The notes under the pieces: generated by a model
The model's database searches: none
Told to the model about the DNA's origin: nothing
What the model saw: only the letters and a program-made list of their open reading frames with translations
Origin: Chloropicon primus
Lineage: Eukaryota
Assembly (NCBI GenBank): GCA_023205875.1
Contig: CP060761.1
Span: 62,001 to 126,000 of the forward strand
Reading direction: 5' to 3'
Length of the DNA: 64,000 nucleotides
In this document: positions 33,801-38,407 of the stretch, piece after piece
Numbering within the stretch: position 1 is the first letter of the stretch
How the letters are laid out: the number at the start of each line of letters is the position of its first letter
Translations under genes and position numbers: made by a program

Positions 33801-36800
33801 GTGAGCAACGTTGGTGCTGACAACATAGTTCCTACATCTCTTGTTCTTGTGATCGCTGTTGTCATGGAAGCAAGAGCCGTAAGCACCAAACCCTCCTGCG
33901 CAATTAACAGGCTGGGCACAGCCTTGGACAATGCATTGCATCGTACCTTCCTTGCTTGAGCACTGTTTGCCGTTCAAGTCTGCCTTGGTGGTGTACTTGT
34001 AGGTCCTGCAACGCTCGTTCTTGTGACCTGAAGAAACGTACTTACAGCTACCGTAGCCAGTCCACTCTCCCTCGCAGTCCACGGGCTGGCCGCAGCCACC
34101 CTTGGTGCAATGGCGAAGCTTGTTCGCGTGTGGGCAAGCATAACCATTGTTCAATGCAACCTGAGTCACAGTGTACACGCGGCAGCGCTCGTTCTCGTGG
34201 TCCTTAGAATCATAGTGGCAAGGGCCATAAGCACCCCAGGAGCCAACACAGTCCACAGGCTGAGAGCAACCAGAAGTGGTGCACTGCTCAAAGTTGTTGG
34301 TGAATGGGCATCCATAACCGTTGTGAGCGGCGCTCTTGGTGTACTTGTAGTTCCTGCACCTCCTGTTCTTGTGGTCAGACGCGGTATGCTTACAGGATCC
34401 GTAGGAACCCCAAGCACCAGCGCAGTCCACAGGCTGAGAGCAACCAGACTGAGTGCACTGAATGTAGTTGTTGGCATATGGGCAGCCATTTCCATTGTGG
34501 GCAGCGTTCGTAGTGACCTTGTAAGTTCTGCACTTCTTGTTCTTGTGCGTCGCACCATCGTGGTAGCAAGACCCGTAAGCACCCCAGGAGCCAACACAGT
34601 CCACAGGCTGGGCACAGCCAGACGTGGTGCATGACTTGTACATGTTGGTGTATGGGCACTCGTATCCGTTGTGCGCAGGATTTCTTGTCACCACATAAAG
34701 CCTGCAACGTTTGTTACTGTTTCCACTGAGCAAGGATCTTCTGTCTTCCCTCCACTCGTTAAAACCAGTAGCATCATCGTCAACCGTCTTTATGGACTCA
34801 ACACCAGATCCGCCACCGATGCTGCCGCCACCACTGTTTCCGGAGTTTCCGGTGGGTCCACCTTTGATTGCCCCTGTAGCCGAGCATGGACCATAGGAAT
34901 TCCAGGTTCCAAGACAGTCCACGGGTTGAGAGCAGCCTCCGGTAGTGCATTGGTTGTATCCTTGGCTGTATGGACACCCGCCACCTCCGTTGGCAGCATT
35001 TGTAGCAATGCTGTATTTCCTGCAGCGCTTGTTCTTGTGATCACTGTTGTCGTGACTGCAAGCACCATAAGCCCCGAAGCCTCCCGCGCAATTTACGGGC
35101 TGGGCACAGCCTTGGGTCGTGCAAAACTTGTGGTTGTGTGTGTACGGACAGCTGTATCCGTTGTGAGCAGAATTCTTGCTTATCTTGTAGAACCTGCACC
35201 GCTTCTGGCTTCCTCCTGAGAGTGAGCAGGATCCATAAGCACCCCACGATCCTACGCAGTCCACAGGCTGGGAGCAGCCACTGGTTGTGCAGGACTTGTA
35301 CATGTTGCTGTAAGGGCACCCATAGCCATTGCTGGCGGCGTTGGTTGTCACCTTGTAGTACTTGCACCTCTTGTTCTTGTGGTCTGCACCATCGTGGTAG
35401 CAAGACCCATAAGCGCCCCAAGCACCAGCGCAGTCCACAGGCTGAGAGCCACAGCCAGACGTGGTGCACTGCTTGTAGTTGTTGCTGTACGGGCATCCAT
35501 AACCGTTGTGAGCAGCGCTCTTGCTGTACTTGTAGTACCTGCACCTCTTGTTCTTATGATCCTTGGAATCATGGAAGCAGGAACCGTATGCTTGCCAATA
35601 ACCAGCGCAGTCCACAGGCTGTGAGCAGCCAGAGGTGGTACACTGCTTGTAGTTGAAGCTGAAAGCGCATCCATAGCCGTTGCTGGAAGCTTGGGTGCTG
35701 TACTTGTAGTACCTGCACCTCTCGTTCTTGTGGCTCGCACTCACATGGTAGCAAGCTCCATAGGAACCCCAATAACCTGAACAGTCAACTGGCTGAGAGC
35801 AACCAGAGGTGGTACACTGCTCGTAGTTGTTGGTGTATGGGCATCCGTAACCGTTGTGAGCTGGATTTTTCGTGTACTTGTACTTCCTGCACCGACTGTT
35901 CTTGTGCCCGGAGGAATGCTTGCAAGATCCATAAGCACCCCAAGCACCAGCGCAGTCCACAGGCTGAGAGCAACCAGACTGAGTGCACTGCTTGTAGTTG
36001 TTGCTGTATGGGCATTGAGACCCACCATGCGAGGCGCTCTTGCTGTGCTTGTAGTACCTGCACCTCTTGTTCTTGTGGTCAGAACCATCGTGGTAGCAAG
36101 CCGCATAGGAACCCCAGGAGCCAACACAGTTCACAGGCTGAGAGCACCCAGACGAAGTGCACTGCTTGTAGTTGTTGGCGTATGGACAGCCTTGCCCACC
36201 GTGGGCAGCATTCTTGCTGATCTTGTAGAACCTGCATCGAGTGTTCGACGAAATCTTTAGCAGAGACCTCCTATCTTCCCTCCAATCCCCACGATCGCTG
36301 TTGTCGGTCGCTCCACCGCATGACCCATACGAACCCCACGAACCAACGCAGTTCACGGGCTGAGAGCAACCAGAAGTGGTGCACTGCTGATAGTAGTTGC
36401 TGTATGGGCACCCAGCGCCGTTGCTGGCGGCGTTGGTGGTGATCTTGTAGGTTCTGCACCTCCTGTTCGTTGAACCGCTCTTGTGGCAACCTCCATAGGC
36501 ACCCCAACTTCCGGCACAGTTCACAGGCTGAGAGCAACCACTCGTCGTGCAGGATTGGTAGTAGTTGGAGTAAGGACACCCGCTACCTCCGTGAGCCGCG
36601 GCCCTGGTGATCTTGTACTTCCTGCACCTCTTGTTCTGAGAGCCAGACTTGTGGCAACCTCCATAGCTGCCCCAACTACCGGCACAGTTCACAGGCTGAG
36701 TACAACCGCTGGTGGTACAGGACTGCTGGCCATTGCTGGCTCCACAGCCGGAACCACCGTTGGAAGGGTGGGTGGTGTACCTGTAGGTCTTGCACTTTCT

Positions 36801-37673
36801 GTTTTGGGAGCCAGACTTGTGGCAGCCCCCATAACTTGACCAGTAACCCTTGCAGTTCACCGGCTGAGGGCAACCGCCCGTAGTGCAGTCCGCGTGCCAG
36901 TTACCGTATGGGCAACCAGGTCCTCCGTTCTGAGCAGAAACAGAGTGCCTGTAGTGCCTGCACTTCTGGCCGCCGCTGCAACCTCCGTAGCTGGTCCAGT
37001 AACCTTGGCAGGCCACTGCTTTGGGGCAGCCGGACGTGGAGCAGTCGCCGTGGTAGTTACCGTAAGGGCAACCAGCTCCGCCGTTCTGGGCGGAGGTGGT
37101 GTGCACGTAGTACCTGCACTTCTGACCGCCGCTGCAACCTCCGTAGCTGGTCCAGTACCCCGCGCAGTTCACCGGTTTTGGGCAACCTGAGCTCGTGCAC
37201 TGTGATTCTCCAGTTTTCATACACAGAAGATTTCTGCGTGGCGAGCCTGTTTCCTCCTGCAAGTTCCTCCTCCACCTGTTGTAAGAGTACCTGTTGTACA
37301 TGCTGTTGTACGAGTACCTCGAGGAGTACGAGTACCTGCTGTTGTAGCTATTATACGGCTGATAATAGCTCTTGGGCGCGACATAGGGCGCGACGTAGGG
37401 CGCGACGTAGGGCGCGACGTAAGGCTTTGGTGCAACGTAGGTCGAGGTGTATTTTCTGCACCTCTGGCCTCCGGAGCACGAACCGTACGAGCTCCAGTAC
37501 CCAGAGCACTGGAGCTGACGTCCCACGCGTCCTTCCTGGTCCGCTTCGATCCACTCCCCCCCCTCGCTCTCCTTCGCCTCGACCTGCAAGCTCAGCGGTC
37601 CCAGCGAACATGCGAGCACGAGGCAAGCGAGGAGCAAGAAAGCACGAAAAGTAAAAGTCTTCCTCGAATCCAT
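12849..37673 (-). CDS. Giant (8274 aa) type-I membrane protein with ~120 thrombospondin type-1 (spondin-like) repeats
   Basis: Single uninterrupted ORF with an N-terminal signal peptide. The 58-aa, 6-Cys repeat reads PVDCxGxWxxYxxC..N.RCRxYxxxxxAxHNGxxCP..QC...GC. A Pro/acidic stalk, TM helix (MVMVGGIVGAAVCCMMGLAFVYV, ~13723-13791) and RQKRKR stop-transfer precede a ~290-aa cytoplasmic tail. Confidence 0.9.
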   Translation of the reverse strand: MDSRKTFTFRAFLLLACLVLACSLGPLSLQVEAKESEGGEWIEADQEGRVGRQLQCSGYWSSYGSCSGGQRCRKYTSTYVAPKPYVAPYVAPYVAPYVAPKSYYQPYNSYNSRYSYSSRYSYNSMYNRYSYNRWRRNLQEETGSPRRNLLCMKTGESQCTSSGCPKPVNCAGYWTSYGGCSGGQKCRYYVHTTSAQNGGAGCPYGNYHGDCSTSGCPKAVACQGYWTSYGGCSGGQKCRHYRHSVSAQNGGPGCPYGNWHADCTTGGCPQPVNCKGYWSSYGGCHKSGSQNRKCKTYRYTTHPSNGGSGCGASNGQQSCTTSGCTQPVNCAGSWGSYGGCHKSGSQNKRCRKYKITRAAAHGGSGCPYSNYYQSCTTSGCSQPVNCAGSWGAYGGCHKSGSTNRRCRTYKITTNAASNGAGCPYSNYYQQCTTSGCSQPVNCVGSWGSYGSCGGATDNSDRGDWREDRRSLLKISSNTRCRFYKISKNAAHGGQGCPYANNYKQCTSSGCSQPVNCVGSWGSYAACYHDGSDHKNKRCRYYKHSKSASHGGSQCPYSNNYKQCTQSGCSQPVDCAGAWGAYGSCKHSSGHKNSRCRKYKYTKNPAHNGYGCPYTNNYEQCTTSGCSQPVDCSGYWGSYGACYHVSASHKNERCRYYKYSTQASSNGYGCAFSFNYKQCTTSGCSQPVDCAGYWQAYGSCFHDSKDHKNKRCRYYKYSKSAAHNGYGCPYSNNYKQCTTSGCGSQPVDCAGAWGAYGSCYHDGADHKNKRCKYYKVTTNAASNGYGCPYSNMYKSCTTSGCSQPVDCVGSWGAYGSCSLSGGSQKRCRFYKISKNSAHNGYSCPYTHNHKFCTTQGCAQPVNCAGGFGAYGACSHDNSDHKNKRCRKYSIATNAANGGGGCPYSQGYNQCTTGGCSQPVDCLGTWNSYGPCSATGAIKGGPTGNSGNSGGGSIGGGSGVESIKTVDDDATGFNEWREDRRSLLSGNSNKRCRLYVVTRNPAHNGYECPYTNMYKSCTTSGCAQPVDCVGSWGAYGSCYHDGATHKNKKCRTYKVTTNAAHNGNGCPYANNYIQCTQSGCSQPVDCAGAWGSYGSCKHTASDHKNRRCRNYKYTKSAAHNGYGCPFTNNFEQCTTSGCSQPVDCVGSWGAYGPCHYDSKDHENERCRVYTVTQVALNNGYACPHANKLRHCTKGGCGQPVDCEGEWTGYGSCKYVSSGHKNERCRTYKYTTKADLNGKQCSSKEGTMQCIVQGCAQPVNCAGGFGAYGSCFHDNSDHKNKRCRNYVVSTNVAHNGKGCPYTNMYNQCTQSGCSQPLDCAGAWSAYGSCYHDGSDHKNRRCRKYKYTTNAASNGYGCPFTNNFEQCTTSGCSQPVDCAGAWGSYAACFHDSKDHKNRRCRLYKYSTNAAHNGYGCPFTNMYKQCTTSGCSQPVDCVGSWGAYSSCAYIGSQMPVLPAKPLKIVDGEEVLKKEKDDFPDFDLTQDRRRSLLGDGHKNERCRVYTISVNANHNGYACPFSNNFKQCTEQGCNQPVDCVGSWGAYDSCHHDSGDHKNRRCKVYKVSVTAKDGGLGCPFNNNFESCTVLGCAQPTDCVGSWGAYASCYHDGKDHKNKRCRKYQVAVNAANNGYSCPHTAGYKSCTTQGCSQPVDCAGAWAPYGACKHDSKDHKNRRCRLYKYSTHAAHNGYGCPYTNMYESCTLSGCNQPVDCLGSWGAYTSCSYAGFQVPDPNPLLVVLDGKNAVKDVEQDDFPDFDLTQDRRSLLGNDHKNERCRTYKVDRKSSFDGYNCPYADGFVSCTKTGCSQPVDCVGSWDAYGSCNYVQDKHQNTKCKKYKITTAAAFNGFACPHPQNKESCTNAGCMQPSDCVGGWESYGNCIYEKDGHKNKRCRYYKISSAPAHDGKGCPYADKAESCTVLGCVQPVDCAGAWTSYGQCAHKQDEHVNVRCKTYKIVQPATSNGYQCPTEHNHKTCTKDGCSQPADCVGEFGAYAACFYDSKDHKNKRCKEFKVSSPSTYNGYGCAYANKYKSCTANGCVQPVDCVGAWGFWGTCEYDDKNHKNKRCRYYKISRKSDHSGYQCPFSENYESCTVQGCGQPVNCAGQWGSYGSCKYDKDEHTNIRCKNYKIVVPAAQNGHGCPYSAGKMSCTTSGCIQPVDCVGSWGNYDACHYEEADHENERCRVYSVSQVAMNNGYACPHEDNLRQCTKSGCGQPVDCEGEWTVYTSCHYAGDKTVLPDIPDVAPPELPDVLPIDFNKGVNGNLTDNLDGKMLPPLDNPITRRALLSGTHKNERCRTYVVTTKADLNGKQCPHKNGKVDCITEGCSQPVDCVGDWGAYGTCYHDTADHKNRRCRNYVVSTNAAHNGFGCPYANAYKQCTTSGCSQPVDCVGSWGAYGSCYHDGKDHKNKRCRNYEYSTNAAHNGYGCPYTNMYKQCTTSGCSQPVDCVGAWDAYGACFHDSKDHKNRRCRLYKIATNAAQNGYGCPYTNMFKQCTTSGCSQPVDCVGSWGAYSSCNYVESKGKDSSLPPKMCCKAMTAQCLACEAGLTVAEYCAQNPSTFMCDGDAKLEEKDDFPDFDLTQDRRRSLLGDGHKNERCRVYTISVNANHNGYACPFSNNFKQCTEQGCNQPVDCVGSWGAYDSCHHDSGDHKNRRCKVYKVSVTAKDGGLGCPFNNNFESCTVLGCAQPTDCVGSWGAYASCYHDGKDHKNKRCRKYQVAVNAANNGFACAYENTFKQCTVSGCAQPVDCLGGWSGYSHCQHDEFPHINKMCRKYHVERPSSNNGYTCSFPNNFEQCKKDGCSQPVDCVGAWDQYDSCEHDKDTHKNKKCRLYKVSVPAAHNGHACPYTNSFQQCTNDGCAQPVDCVGSWGNYDACHYEEADHENERCRVYGVSQVAMNNGYACPHEDNLKQCTKGGCGQPVDCEGEWTVYTSCHYAGDKTVLPDIPDVAPPELPDVLPIDFNKGVNGNLTDNLDGKMLPPLDNPITRRALLSGTHKNERCRTYVVTTPAELSGKSCSFDNGATQCITEGCSQPVDCVGDWGAYGTCYHDTADHKNRRCRNYVVSTNAAHNGFGCPYANAYKQCTTSGCSQPVDCLGAWQEYGTCKHDKSIHQNKKCRSYIVTRESSNDGYTCPYSNAYMQCTVSGCAQPIDCVGSWGNYDSCAYTSTTKSNTRCRIYSISIPNQNNGHTCSFPNSYKQCTKDGCAQPVDCVGAWDQYDSCEHDKDTHKNKKCRLYKVSVPAAHNGHACPYTNSFQQCTNDGCAQPVDCVGSWGNYDACGYVEADHENERCRVYSVSQISMNNGYACPHEDNLRQCTKSGCGQPVDCEGEWTVYTSCHYAGDKTVLPGLPDIPDVASPELPDVLPIDFNKGVDGNLTDNLDGKMLPPLDNPITRRALLSGTHKNHRCRTYVVTTKADLNGKQCPHKNGKVDCITEGCSQPVDCVGDWGAYGTCYHDTADHKNRRCRNYVVSTNAAHNGFGCPYANAYKQCTTSGCSQPVDCVGAFSEYDSCKHDKDTHKNKKCRTYLVERAADNNGFACPYVHEYVQCTTALCTQPVDCVGSWGNYDACHYEEADHENERCRVYGVSQVAMNNGYACPHEDNLKQCTKSGCGQPVDCEGEWTVYTSCHYAGDKTVLPDIPDVAPPELPDVLPIDFNKGVNGNLTDNLDGKMLPPLDNPITRRALLSGTHKNERCRTYVVTTKADLNGKQCPHKNGKVDCITEGCSQPVDCVGDWGAYGTCYHDTADHKNRRCRNYVVSTNAAHNGFGCPYANAYKQCTTEGCSQPVDCVGSWEEYGSCKHDASEHKNKKCRTYAVIVKSKANGYACPYQNDFVQCTSFGCAQPVDCLGMWDESTFSTCKHDPVKKVNKRCRNYMVTREPEHNGYDCPYTNLYKQCVKTDCSQPVDCVGAWDQYDSCEHDEDTHKNKKCRLYKVSVPAAHNGHACPYTNSFQQCTNDGCAQPVDCVGSWGNYDACGYVEADHKNERCRVYGVSQVAMNNGYACPHEDNLRQCTKGGCGQPVDCEGEWTVYTSCHYAGDKTVLPDIPDVAPPELPDVLPIDFNKGVNGNLTDNLDGKMLPPLDNPITRRALLSGTHKNERCRTYVVTTKADLNGKQCPHKNGKVDCITEGCSQPVDCVGDWGAYGTCYHDTADHKNRRCRNYVVSTNAAHNGFGCPYANAYKQCTTSGCSQPVDCAGAWGEYNACSYDVSEHKNKKCRTYTVSVSAAHNGYSCPYVDSYVQCTPSLCTQPVDCVGAWDQYDSCEHDKDTHKNKKCRLYKVSVPAAHNGHACPYTNSFQQCTNDGCAQPVDCVGSWGNYDACHYEEADHENERCRVYSVSQVAMNNGYACPHEDNLRQCTKSGCGQPVDCEGEWTVYTSCHYAGDKTVLPDIPDVAPPELPDVLPIDFNKGVNGNLTDNLDGKMLPPLDNPITRRALLSGTHKNERCRTYVVTTKADLNGKQCPHKNGKVDCITEGCSQPVDCVGDWGAYGTCYHDTADHKNRRCRNYAVSTNAAHNGFGCPYANAYKQCTTSGCSQPVDCAGAWGEYNACSYDASEHKNKKCRTYTVSVSAAHNGYSCPYVDSYVQCTPSLCTQPVDCVGAWDQYDSCEHDKDTHKNKKCRLYKVSVPAAHNGHACPYTNSFQQCTNDGCAQPVDCVGSWGNYDACDYVADSHSNQRCRVYHVEVEVKYNGFACPFKDEQIQCTKGGCGQPVDCEGDWTLYGDCSYGGKGLLPAKALNEPELLEILQDFNVSKEEQDAIKNLDVLPGEQELVEFLNDMQRRSLLGKLHSNQRCRTYEIATKAELNGKQCPHKNGKVDCITEGCSQPVDCVGDWGAYGTCYHDTADHKNRRCRNYVVSTNAAHNGYGCPYANAYKQCTTSGCSQPVDCAGAWGEYNACSYDASEHKNKKCRTYTVSVSAAHNGYSCPYVDSYVQCTPSLCTQPVDCVGAWDQYDSCEHDKDTHKNKKCRLYKVSVPAAHNGHACPYTNSFQQCTNDGCAQPVDCVGSWGNYDACGYVEADHENERCRVYGVSQVAMNNGYACPHEDNLKQCTKGGCGQPVDCEGEWTVYTSCHYAGDKTVLPDIPDVAPPELPDVLPIDFNKGVNGNLTDNLDGKMLPPLDNPITRRALLSGTHKNERCRTYVVTTKADLNGKQCPHKNGKVDCITEGCSQPVDCVGDWGAYGTCYHDTADHKNRRCRNYVVSTDAAHNGFGCPYANAYKQCTTSGCSQPVDCAGAWGEYNACSYDVSEHKNKKCRTYTISVSAAHNGYSCPYVDSYVQCTKMGCIQPVDCVGAWDQYDSCEHDKDTHKNKKCRLYKIAVPAAHNGHACPYTNSFQQCTNDGCAQPVDCVGSWGNYDACHYEEADHENERCRVYGVSQVAMNNGYACPHEDNLRQCTKGGCGQPVDCEGEWSIYGACSHVAAGHKNERCRTYAVTTKADLNGKQCPHKNGKVDCITEGCSQPVDCVGDWGAYGTCYHDTADHKNRRCRNYVVSTNAAHNGFGCPYANAYKQCTTEGCSQPVDCVGSWEEYGTCFYDGENHKNKKCRTYTVTKASAHGGYSCPYVDSYVQCTDTGCSQPVDCVGAWDQYDSCEHDDDAHKNKKCRLYKIAVPAAHNGHACPYTNSFQQCTNDGCAQPVDCVGSWGNYDACGYVEADHKNERCRVYGVSQVAMNNGYACPHEDNLKQCTKGGCGQPVDCEGEWSIYGACSHVAAGHKNERCRTYAVTTKADLNGKQCPYKNGKVDCITEGCSQPVDCVGDWGAYGTCYHDTADHKNRRCRNYVVSTNAAHNGFGCPYANAYKQCTTEGCSQPVDCVGSWEDYGLCQHDESEHKNKRCRTYAVTRSAAHNGFACAYSDNTLQCTLTGCSQPVDCAGAWEEYDMCDYKSEEHKNKKCRLYKISLESSHNGIECSHENDEKECTEAGCSQPVDCVGAWDQYDSCEHDKDTHKNKKCRLYKVSVPAAHNGHACPYTNSFQQCTNDGCAQPVDCVGSWGNYDACGYVEADHENERCRVYGVSQVAMNNGYACPHEDNLRQCTKGGCGQPVDCEGEWSIYGACSHVAAGHKNERCRTYAVTTKADLNGKQCPHKNGKVDCITEGCSQPVDCVGDWGAYGTCYHDTADHKNRRCRNYVVSTNAAHNGFGCPYANAYKQCTTEGCSQPVDCVGSWEEYGTCFYDGENHKNKKCRTYTVTKASAHGGYSCPYVDSYVQCTDTGCSQPVDCVGAWDQYDSCEHDDDAHKNKKCRLYKIAVPAAHNGHACPYTNSFQQCTNDGCAQPVDCVGSWGNYDACGYVEADHKNERCRVYGVSQVAMNNGYACPHEDNLKQCTKGGCGQPVDCEGEWSIYGACSHVAAGHKNERCRTYAVTTKADLNGKQCPYKNGKVDCITEGCSQPVDCVGDWGAYGTCYHDTADHKNRRCRNYVVSTNAAHNGFGCPYANAYKQCTTEGCSQPVDCVGSWEDYGLCQHDESEHKNKRCRTYAVTRSAAHNGFACAYSDNTLQCTLTGCSQPVDCAGAWEEYDMCDYKSEEHKNKKCRLYKISLESSHNGIECSHENDEKECTEAGCSQPVDCVGAWDQYDSCEHDKDTHKNKKCRLYKVSVPAAHNGHACPYTNSFQQCTNDGCAQPVDCVGSWGNYDACGYVEADHENERCRVYGVSQVAMNNGYACPHEDNLRQCTKGGCGQPVDCEGEWSIYGACSHVAAGHKNERCRTYAVTTKADLNGKQCPHKNGKVDCITEGCSQPVDCVGDWGAYGTCYHDTADHKNRRCRNYVVSTNAAHNGFGCPYANAYKQCTTEGCSQPVDCVGSWEEYGTCFYDGENHKNKKCRTYTVTKASAHGGYSCPYVDSYVQCTDTGCSQPVDCVGAWDQYDSCEHDDDAHKNKKCRLYKIAVPAAHNGHACPYTNSFQQCTNDGCAQPVDCVGSWGNYDACGYVEADHKNERCRVYSVSQVAMNNGYACPHEDNLRQCTKGGCGQPVDCEGEWSIYGACSHVAAGHKNERCRTYAVTTKADLNGKQCPHKNGKVDCITEGCSQPVDCIGNWGSYGACFHDSNDHKNRRCRNYAVTTHAAHNGFGCPYANAYKQCTTEGCSQPVDCVGSWEDYGLCQHDESEHKNKRCRTYAVTRSAAHNGYECAYTENFKQCTETGCTQPVDCVGGWDEYSFCGHHDDDHTNKKCRLYKIAVPAAHNGHACPYTNSFQQCTNDGCAQPVDCVGSWGNYDACHYVGEGHENERCRVYSVSQVAMNNGYACPHEDNLRQCTKGGCGQPVDCEGEWGPYGQCSYREKSHDSFKCRKYVIKVEAEKNGKQCEYVHDHEDCTKAGCSQPVDCVGDWGDYTTCFYDTENHHNKRCRTYAISTSSAHNGYGCPYANAYKQCTTEGCSQPVDCLGSWEEYGTCYYDESEHKNKRCRTYAVTRSAAHNGYTCPYNNNHKQCTDTGCSQPVDCVGAWDQYDSCEHDDDAHKNKKCRLYKIAVPAAHNGHACPYTNSFQQCTNDGCAQPVDCVGSWGNYDACGYVEADHKNERCRVYGVSQVAMNNGYACPHEDNLRQCTKGGCGQPVDCEGEWSIYGACSHVAAGHKNERCRTYAVTTKADLNGKQCPHKNGKVDCITEGCSQPVDCVGDWGSYGACFHDSNDHKNRRCRNYVVSTDAAHSGYGCPYANAYKQCTTRGCSQPVDCVGSWEDYGLCQHDESEHKNKRCRTYAVARSAAHNGYACPYANEYVQCTETGCTQPVDCVGSWDEFDACEYDEDAHKNKKCRLYKVSIPVAHNGYACPHVDAFQQCTNDGCAQPVDCAGVWEDYSTCSYDESSGKNMQCQRFEMISEDRYNGKKCAFEHNEIKCSSDGCGEPVNCVGEWSEYGECELDSDSDLYTRCRYYDIVSAAENNGKECAYTQDFQSCTTSGCEQLSPPPPPPASNSTDGSGLVTDDEDSNSDGEGQDSEDGQSHDGSDTTSSEVEETEGGKLESETGDAEGEVSTASVSMVMVGGIVGAAVCCMMGLAFVYVRQKRKRGEHRPQNSSIYKPLGQDQPNIFGGRNQSMLLMNPMFASSGKTRKSTAGVSNAMNSGGRMSFLSNPLFDTADDVEIPDSPNASDSETELLAHDASGSGSAYSNPLYSTVPGSSGGKDIGHEESFEMIMSKLGADFEASFEQISECVLEHSGDNEMLEVAMQTWQDLNADLVDSQVEGNVQTAGAEMNAEKLAQLKQSLNKIEQGALLSGKMSMDAKNNFMSIINQARSKLRHVETARMASKSTSQKPAKSAEPEWLAVRNKLKAIGKFKMNKGRGLTLEKDSAQN
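14020..37200 (-). repeat. Coding tandem array with a 174-bp monomer and 870/1044/1035/1914-bp higher-order units
   Basis: Identical shadow ORFs recur at fixed offsets: 16670, 17540, 18584, 19454, 20498, 21368 (870/1044 alternating) and 24379/25414 (1035). The monomer is 58 codons. Confidence 0.9.
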
Positions 37674-38407
37674 GTTGGTCCCTTTCTCTCTCTCTCTCTA
37701 TCTATATAATAATATCCCTTCACCCTTTCCCTCCCGGAGCGAGGCCTTGTCCAGGTCTTAGAGACCCAAAGGCGCCATCTTGGCCCCTCTCTTTCGGCTC
37801 CTCCCCTCCCCTCCGTCCACGACACTCCTCGTGACGCAAACCAAAGGTTCCACCTCTCACGCTCCTCCCGGCGTGGCCTTCTGCCCCCGACCCTCACTCC
37901 TTCGTGCGTTCGAGGATTGATTCTACAACCCAAGACGTTCCATGGGACCACCAAGAGAACACCAAGATCATGTACTTTTACCATCTTGGGACCCACTGGG
38001 GATCCACTCGTGGTATGTCGTCTATCATGGAACGAAGAAAGGGTTGGAGTGCCGCCAATTCCTCCTCCTCTCCTGTAGCTTTCCCGTCTCATGGGACCAA
38101 GAAAACCAAGTCCCACACGCCAACCTGGAAGACTAGCATCGAGTGTGAAATAATGGTACACCTCATACTAGCCTTATCCATTTTATCGCGTTTTTTCGCG
38201 TCCAGAGGGAGAGGAGGAGTTGGATTGAAGCGGAACCAGGAAGGACGCGGCGGTTGAGGGGACTGACGGGCGAGTGATTGTGCGGACGAGGAATCGAGTC
38301 GAAAGAGATTCTCTTTATCTTTCCAGAGGTACCGGCATTGGTGGGATTTGGCCGAGGGTGACGCCAGAACGAGCGACACTTGGGTCGTGGGTCTGGACTG
38401 GGGGGTG

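Noticed and set aside
14406..36260. Many long hydrophobic + strand ORFs (up to 1194 aa) over the TSP gene
   Set aside because: They are antisense read-outs of the 174-bp repeats and recur at the repeat periods.
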